Assembly (NCBI GenBank): GCA_009103225.1
Contig: RHPI01002823.1
Span: 257,104 to 321,103 of the forward strand
Length of the DNA stretch: 64,000 nt
Direction of reading: 5' to 3'
Origin: Chlorokybus atmophyticus
Taxonomy: Eukaryota > Plantae > Mesostigma and Chlorokybus algae
Position 1 is the stretch's first letter. The number at the start of each line of letters is the position of its first letter. The translations under genes and the position numbers were made by a program. Below, piece by piece: positions 60,082-64,000 of the stretch. The notes under the pieces were generated by a model, which was not told the DNA's origin, did no database searches, and saw nothing but the letters and a program-made list of their open reading frames with translations.

Positions 60082-62287
60082 ATGCAGGCGGCGGCGGCGG
60101 TGGGGGCGTCAGGTTTGGTGTTGGTGAGATTGGAGGTGGGAGGGCGGACGCTTGCATTGAGGTGGGCCGGGAGGTTGTGCACTAGCGACAGTGCTGCTTT
60201 GCCGGCTTCCGGCTTTCGCCGGAGGGTCCGCAGCTGCAGCAGCCAGCTGCCTGTGTTGTGCATGGCCTCCGCCTCCGCCTCCGCCTCCGCGTCATCCGCC
60301 GTCGTCAGGGCGGCCTCAGGGCTTTGGGACGACGTGAAGGCGGCGTCGGCGAGGGCGCAGGAACAGCAGGCCATCAGTACGTTTGAGACAACCACCCGCA
60401 CCGTGCAGGATGCCGGCGTGCAGGTGTGCATGCGCACTATGTATGTATGCATTACTATATTAAAACCCTCATTTTTGCCCGACATTGTCATCATCATAAT
60501 CATCATCAAGACTGCACACAGTATACTGCCTTGCATTCTTTGTACACTACCCCCATTTAACTCTTGCAACCTATCTTTGTATACCAGAACAAGTTCCGGT
60601 CAGCCTTCCTCGCTTGTGTGTTACAGTTACGATTGACTAAACAGTTACATTGAGTCTGTCAACCGTGAAATGATGGCACAGCTGTCCCGCTGGCGATTGC
60701 AGTTGATGTAACTATCAACTGTTAACGTACCTCTACCGCTGCCCACGAATATTGACATGATCTATCACCACGTCGGGTACACATTCCCATGCACTAACAA
60801 CTCGGTTATGGGTGTTTATTCGACTAGTCATCTCTTGTTCACGCCAGGTGACAGCAGCATTCTATCTTCGTGCTTACACCACTGCGCATTGTTACAACTG
60901 ATTGCCATACACTCATGTGTTTGCACTGGTTGTTTATGCTAATTGTGCTTTCCTGTGGACCAGTTTCTGGTGCGCGTGGCAGCTGCGCTGAAAAGCAAGC
61001 CTGAACGAGAGCCCGCGCAGAGCAGCAGCAGTAGCAAGCCTGAAGGTGGTGATGATGATGGAAAGGAGAAGAAGAACGCCAAGCAACAGCGACCAAACCC
61101 ATTCCTCCCTTACGACGAACGCATGTACGTTCGCGATCTCCCACCACAACACGTACGTGATGCTATGGTGATCGGACACAGCCCAACGTACACCATGTGC
61201 TGTGTCGGAACAGCGTGCTGCCTCATGTACAGCGTCCGACTAACAACCTTACATCACATGTGTCTCCATGCAGGTGCTGCTTCTCAACAAGTTCAATGTT
61301 GTGCCGCACCACGTGCTCGTTGTGACGAAAGACTTCCACCATCAGACAGAGCCGTTGACCGCTGAAGACTTCAGCGCCACATGGCAGGTGCGATGACGAG
61401 GCAGTGATACATGCCAACATGTAGGGAAACCAATAAAATTGCTATCGTGTTGTCATTCAGGTGCTCAATGCCATGCCGGATGGTGGATTTGCGTTCTACA
61501 ACTGCGGGGCTGCGAGCGGCCACAGGTATGGGTGCCTTCCCTGGTTGGTTGGTTTTGAAGTGTCTTGATTTTTGTATGGTTACTTGTAATTCTATCGATG
61601 TGGTTTGTACGCAGTCAACCACATAAACACCTGCAAGTTGTGCCATTCACGCCGCCGCTGAGCCCCGAAGAGCCAGATCTACCTTTCCTTCACGCGCATG
61701 CGGATCTGCCTCAGTCAAGCTCCAGGTATACTATGGTTATGATCCCTTCTGCCTGTTGTCTCCCAACACGCACATACCCACACACGCGTGTACCTTGATT
61801 GATGCGCGCATCACAGTGAAATGCAGCCAATGGTGCTTGCAGTGTGACTGGCGAGTTGCTGCGAGAGACGTACGCGCGGTTGTATCGTGAGAGCTTCAAC
61901 ATGCAGCCGGCAGCACCGGAGGAAGGACAAGAAGACCACGTGCCATCATTCAATCTTGTAAGGGGCATTCCTGAATGAGCAGCATGTTGGGCGCACTGCC
62001 AAAGTTGCTGATTATTCTCCGTGGTCCCCTTGCTTGCCAGCTGTTGACCACAAGATGGATGATGCTGGTGCCAAGGTCCCGCGACTTTGATGGGCCGATC
62101 TCCGTCAAGTAAGTTTCATTGGTGTCTCACCAAAGGTTGTGTGCGCGAGAGTTGCTCACACGTCCACAGTGCGCTAGGTTTTGCGGGGACGTTCTTCGTG
62201 CGCAGTGAGGACGAGCTTGAGCATGTGTTGTCTAAGGGCCCAATGAGCATTTTGCGCAATGTTGGCTTGCCGAAAAGGGGCGAGTAG
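60082..62287 (+). CDS. ATP adenylyltransferase / Ap4A phosphorylase (APA-type HIT-like) with a probable organelle transit peptide
   Basis: NPFLPYDERMYV; VLLLNKFNVVPHHVLVVTKDFHHQTEPLTAEDF; FAFYNCGAASGH|SQPHKHLQVVP; ISVN|ALGFAGTFFVRSEDE. Confidence 0.88.
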
Positions 62288-62546
62288 AACTGATTTGTAG
62301 CAATACCCTCCCAAATGTTGCTGTGCATGGAGTTCATCAGGGTTGTGTCGCATGAGAAAACGTTCTGTGTTGCACAACTCCCTTGCAATAAGCACTACAA
62401 AACCAACACTGCACCATTGCAACGGGCGTACAACCCGTACAGAGGGTTGCGCCATATCAATATCTATGAAACAAAAGTGTTGCTATTGGTCTTGGCACTG
62501 CTAGACCCTGCAGTGAGACTAAGCAACAAAACCAACACCCTACCAC

Positions 62547-64000
62547 TCACGCCCACTTTCCAATGACGGACATGGCGCCCGCCCCAATATACATGGAGAG
62601 AAACCCGCTTAGTTTTGTCCCAAGCTTTGCGGCACGAAACTCCGGGTTCATTGTGATGTTGTATGTGACGAGCTCCACCAAGCCCGTGTATATGAGGATG
62701 CCGCCAGATAATGCGTTGAAGATGCCTTGCGTGTACAAGTTGGTTGTTGACGCCGAGTTGTACGTGTAGCGTACTCCGATCCCAACAACTGCATGGTGAG
62801 TATGTTGGGTGACAGGGTGATGAATGTGTGATCTGTGACACTGACACAACAAGTTGCCACACACTCACCTATACCCAGTGGGGTTGTTAGCGCGTACACC
62901 AACACCATGACGACAATCTGCAACGTTCTTGAGGACTCGTCGAAACACGCGTCGATCACAGTGGCGCCCAGCGCGAAACCCTCAAAGAACTGATGCACGC
63001 ATATGGCTGCAAGCAGTGTCTTGAACTCCTGCACACAGGACAAAAGCTTCATGTGAGCCGAGGTTATTACTATTATTATTACCAACGAGCAACATTTGCT
63101 CATCAGTCACCCAACACGCAGTGTAAGCCACGCACGTGCACACGCATGTTTGTGCATGTGTGCGTGTGCGAGCCCTACATGCATGCACGCACACAGACAC
63201 GCATGGGCAGACGAACACACGCGCACGCAGCACACTCATGTGGGCACTCGCAGGCAAGGCTTTCTTGTGGCCGCTTTTATGTGGTCTGTCAGTCCCCTCA
63301 TGATACAACATAACATTCACACTCATTCAACTCACCGCGGTGACCACGCCAAGAGACATGCCGATGATGACTGAGTGGAATGCGATGCCTGCCTCCAGCA
63401 CGAGCGTGACGATCTGTCGCCTGCGCCGCGACACCGACCCATCCTTGTGGTGGGACTTGTCGTGTATCGCGTGAGCAAGGCCCGCCCCGTGCGCGTGGCC
63501 GCGGTGCACGAGGGTGGGCGCGGCTGATGATGTTATTGTTGTTGTTGTTGAGGTCGATGGCACGGTGGGTTGATGCACATCCTGGGCGAGCGAGTCGATG
63601 GATGTTAGACGAGGCAAGTTGCTCTCCACCATGTCCAACTCACGCACCAAGTCCTTCATTTTCTAACGAGGGGATGCACACATTGAGTGTAAATCATACA
63701 CCCACTCGCACGCTCGCTGAATGCTTCTACCCAGGTGTCCGAATGTGTTCACACTGCATGTGCACGGAAACACAAGCGCACACGCATGCGCACACGCATG
63801 CATGTTAGCAAGACCGCATGCAGCCATGCGCGCATGCATGCATGAGAACAGCATAACTGGCGTTCAACAGTTGGATACACGGATTAACATTCTGAAACAT
63901 CAAAAAACACTGTGCGAGTGGGTGACAGATGTGTAACCCTCACCCTCTCATGGTTGCGTCGGTCCACCTGCTCCAGCCTGAGTGTCAGCAAAAACTCCAG
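62547..64000 (-). CDS. ZIP (ZRT/IRT-like) zinc/iron transporter, 5' part beyond the window
   Basis: His-rich loop HRGHAHG...H; LEAGIAFHSVIIGMSLG; HQFFEGFALG; TTPLGIG; GIFNALSGGILIYTGLVEL; GAGAMSVIGKWA*. Confidence 0.95.

Overview
Intron-rich eukaryotic nuclear DNA of about 50-55% GC. The plant-type enoyl-ACP reductase, CDKA-like kinase and At1g63170-like RING-H2 ligase point to the green lineage, most likely a streptophyte alga; the species cannot be fixed from sequence alone. The window has two halves. Bases ~1-26,000 are a nested cluster of decayed transposons: a Ty3/Gypsy LTR retrotransposon whose pol carries a DNMT3-like C5 cytosine methyltransferase between protease and RT; a Plavaka-type DNA transposase region flanked by a RING-finger gene, a spliced gene fusing a Cys/His-rich region and a Tudor domain to a compact prokaryote/phage-like C5 methyltransferase, and a small coiled-coil gene; a foldback element; and a complete TA-flanked pogo-like element. 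Bases ~27,000-64,000 are a host gene block (bZIP, NEK kinase, RING-H2 E3, IQ+EF-hand protein, a hypothetical gene, ENR/FabI, a CDK with PSFAIRE, Ap4A phosphorylase, a ZIP transporter) with a few MITEs. The best candidate for an undescribed system is the putative Plavaka element carrying a Tudor-methyltransferase (reader-writer) gene and a RING gene, next to an unrelated DNMT-carrying retrotransposon. All family assignments come from motif recognition by eye and no database searches were run. Exon boundaries are hand-inferred, and both methyltransferase copies here are disabled.
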